Part shown: positions 61,776 to 64,000 of the stretch, piece after piece | How the letters are laid out: every line of letters starts with the position of its first letter | Position numbering within the stretch: the stretch's first letter is position 1 | Assembly (NCBI RefSeq): GCF_902713615.1 | Contig: NC_052151.1 | Span: 118,516,123-118,580,122, forward strand | Length of the DNA stretch: 64,000 nt | Direction of reading: 5' to 3' | Origin: Scyliorhinus canicula | Taxonomy: Eukaryota | Notes under the pieces: generated by a model | What the model saw: the letters and a program-made list of their open reading frames with translations, nothing else | The model's database searches: none | Told to the model about the DNA's origin: nothing | Position numbers and translations under genes: made by a program

Positions 61776-64000
61776 TGATGTGACCATCAATTCACGATAC
61801 ACGTGGTTGGAAGTGAACAGTGGTTTTAATAGTCTTACAACTGAGCCTGCCTGCGACGAGATGAACTGGCAGCAGGCTCACAACTGCAGATCTTTATACT
61901 TCCAGTTAGTGGGAGGAGCCATGGGCAGAACCATGGGCGGAGCCACGGGTGGAACCCAGTACAAACTCCTCATCTCCCCCTATGGGCAGATCCGCGCAAC
62001 TGCTCGTATACCGAGCTTACAAAGACACAACACATACAATATAACACAGTGTGAATTGCTCGGATTGTGATTCACCACATTCACCCTCTGTAAAAAATCA
62101 AGTCCAGCGGGGGTGATGGTCTACAAATTGAGTCGGTCCGGCAGTCGAGTCGTCCCCTGAGATCTACGAAGTACCGGGGTTGCAGCCTCTTCTGGTGGCT
62201 GGGTGGTGGCGGTTGGCGAGGGTACCATGGCGGACTCCAGGGGTGATTCGGTCCGAGCTTCGTACCCGAGTGGTTCGACTGGCGACGGGGAGCACCGGAA
62301 ACCCATAGGCGCGGGGGCGCGGAGCACGGACAGTGAACCTGCAGGCGTGGGGGGGACGGGCGCAGGGGTTTGGGTGGGGTGTAGTGTGAGGGGCACCTCG
62401 GCGGTAGTAGTGTCAGAGTTGGATCCTGCAGGTGCCAGGTCCCGGAGGGAAACAGTGTCCTGACGGCCGTCAGGGTATTCGATGAACGCGTATTGGGGGT
62501 TCGAGTGGAGTAGGAGAACTATCTCAACGAGTGGGTCAGTTTTGTGGGTCCGGACGTGCTTCCGAAGAAGAACCGGGCCCAATGTCTTCAACCATGCTGG
62601 GAGCGAAACCCTCGTGGTAGTGCCCCTGGAAAAAACAAATAGCCGCTCGTGAGGGGTCTGATTGGTGGCTGTGCATAGGAGGGACCTAATAGCATGGAGC
62701 GCGTCGGGGAGGACCTCCTGCCAATGGGAGCTCGAGAGATTCCTGGACCGGAGGGTCATTGGACGGTCTTCCAGACCGTCGCGTTCTCCCTCTCCACCTG
62801 CCCGTTCCCCCTGGGGTTGTAGCTGGTAGTCCTGCTCGAGGCGATGCCCTTGTCGAGCAGGTACTGACGCAGCTCGTCGCTCATGAAGGACGAACCCTTG
62901 TCGCTGTGTACATAGTTGGGGAAACTAAACAGGGTGAAGATGCTGTGCAGGGCTCTAATGACTGTGTGGGAGGTCATATCGGGGCACGGGATAGCAAAGG
63001 GGAAGCGGGAGAACTCGTCTATGACGTTTAGGAAGTCCACATTCTGATTGGTCGAGGGGAGTGGCCCTTTGAAATCGATGCTCAGGCGTTCAAAGGGCCG
63101 GGAGGCCTTGACCAGGTGGGCCCTGTCTGGTCTATAGAAGTGCGGTTTGCACTCCGCACAGATCGGGCAATCCCTGGTGATGGCTTTTACCTCCTCGGTG
63201 GAGAAAGGCAGATTTCGGGCTTTGACGTAGTGTGCGAGCCGGGTAACCCCCGGGTGGCAGAGGTCACTGTGGATAGCTTTCAGGCGGTCGTCTTGCGCGC
63301 TGGCGCACGTGCCGCGGGACAGGGCATCTGTGGGCTTGTTGAGCTTCCCCGGTCGATACATAATATCGTACTTGTAGGTGGAGAGTTCGATCCTCCACCG
63401 TAGGATCTTATCGTTTTTAATTTTGCCCCTTTGTGAGTTGTCAAACATAAAGGCAACTAATCTTTGGTCGGTGATGAGGGTGAACCTCCTACCTGCGAGG
63501 TAGTGTCTCCAGTGACGTAAAGCTTCCACGATGGCTTGTGCTTCCTTTTCGACCGAGGTGTGTCGGAGTTCTGAAGCAGAGAGGGTTCGGGAGAAAAAGG
63601 CGACTGGTCTCCCTGCCTGATTTAGTGTGGCTGCAAGAGCTACCTCTGAGGCATCGCTCTCTACCTGGAAAGGGACGGATTCATCCACCGCCCGCATGGC
63701 CACTTTGGCGATGTCCTCCTTGATGCAGGTGAAGGCCTGGCGAGCCTCATCTGATAGAGGAAAGAGTGTGGCCTTAAATAGGGACTCACTGGACATAATA
63801 CGAGAAAAACCCCAGGCACCTTTTGAGGGTCCTGGGACAATGAGGGAGAGGGAGAGGGAGTTGGCATACGTTCCGGGTCGGGGCCCAGAACTCCGTTTTC
63901 TACGACATAGCCGAGGATGGCTAGCCTGGTCGTGCGGAAAACGCATTTCTCCGTGTTATACATGAGGTTGAGTTTCTGGGCACCCTGGAGAAATCGATGG
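61776..64000 (-). mobile_element. Element C: Ty3/Gypsy related to B, 3' part only (RT end, RNase H, integrase, 3' LTR 61776-62079)
   Basis: ORFs 62756-63946 and 62121-62759 closely resemble the RNase H and integrase of B, with a frameshift at ~62759. The LTR termini TGTGGTG...GATGGTCACATCA and the GGGTGAA purine tract match those of B. It runs off the window end. Confidence 0.9.

Noticed and set aside
61034-61802. Cys/Val/Gly-rich and His/Thr/Pro-rich ORFs
   Set aside because: Low-complexity GT tract.
1-64000. CRISPR arrays, operons or prokaryotic defence systems
   Set aside because: The sequence is eukaryotic (spliceosomal introns, SINE/LINE/LTR content) and no repeat-spacer structure was seen.

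Overview
Vertebrate genomic DNA, most likely from a shark or catshark. That is inferred from HE1-like SINEs and CR1, L1 and Gypsy repeats of elasmobranch type. The window is a head-to-tail array of a ~15 kb unit, with units starting at 1, 15056, 30140 and 55230; the third is expanded to ~25 kb and the fourth is partial. Each unit carries a 9-exon ZP3-type egg-coat gene on the minus strand. Copies 1 and 2 splice into intact 462 and 459 aa ORFs; copies 3 and 4 each have a single +1 frameshift. Units 1-3 also hold a Mag-like Gypsy element (A) inserted in a CR1, a frameshifted PINX1-like last exon, an L1 remnant and many SINEs/MITEs. Unit 3 keeps the full-length element A, which contains a hAT-type MITE with a G-rich minisatellite, a SINE and a second Gypsy element (B). 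The most unusual signals are in B. (1) Its gag is interrupted by a 1.48 kb unspliced ZP3 fragment (exons 2 to the start of 9, all splice sites and exon frames intact), inverted relative to the array and in frame with the Gag C-terminal half. (2) Its primer-binding-site position is not tRNA-like but is a perfect 13-nt complement of its own LTR poly(A)-signal region. (3) Several junctions carry short templated fillers copied from nearby DNA. Exon coordinates were derived by hand. Family names rest on motif recognition, not database searches.
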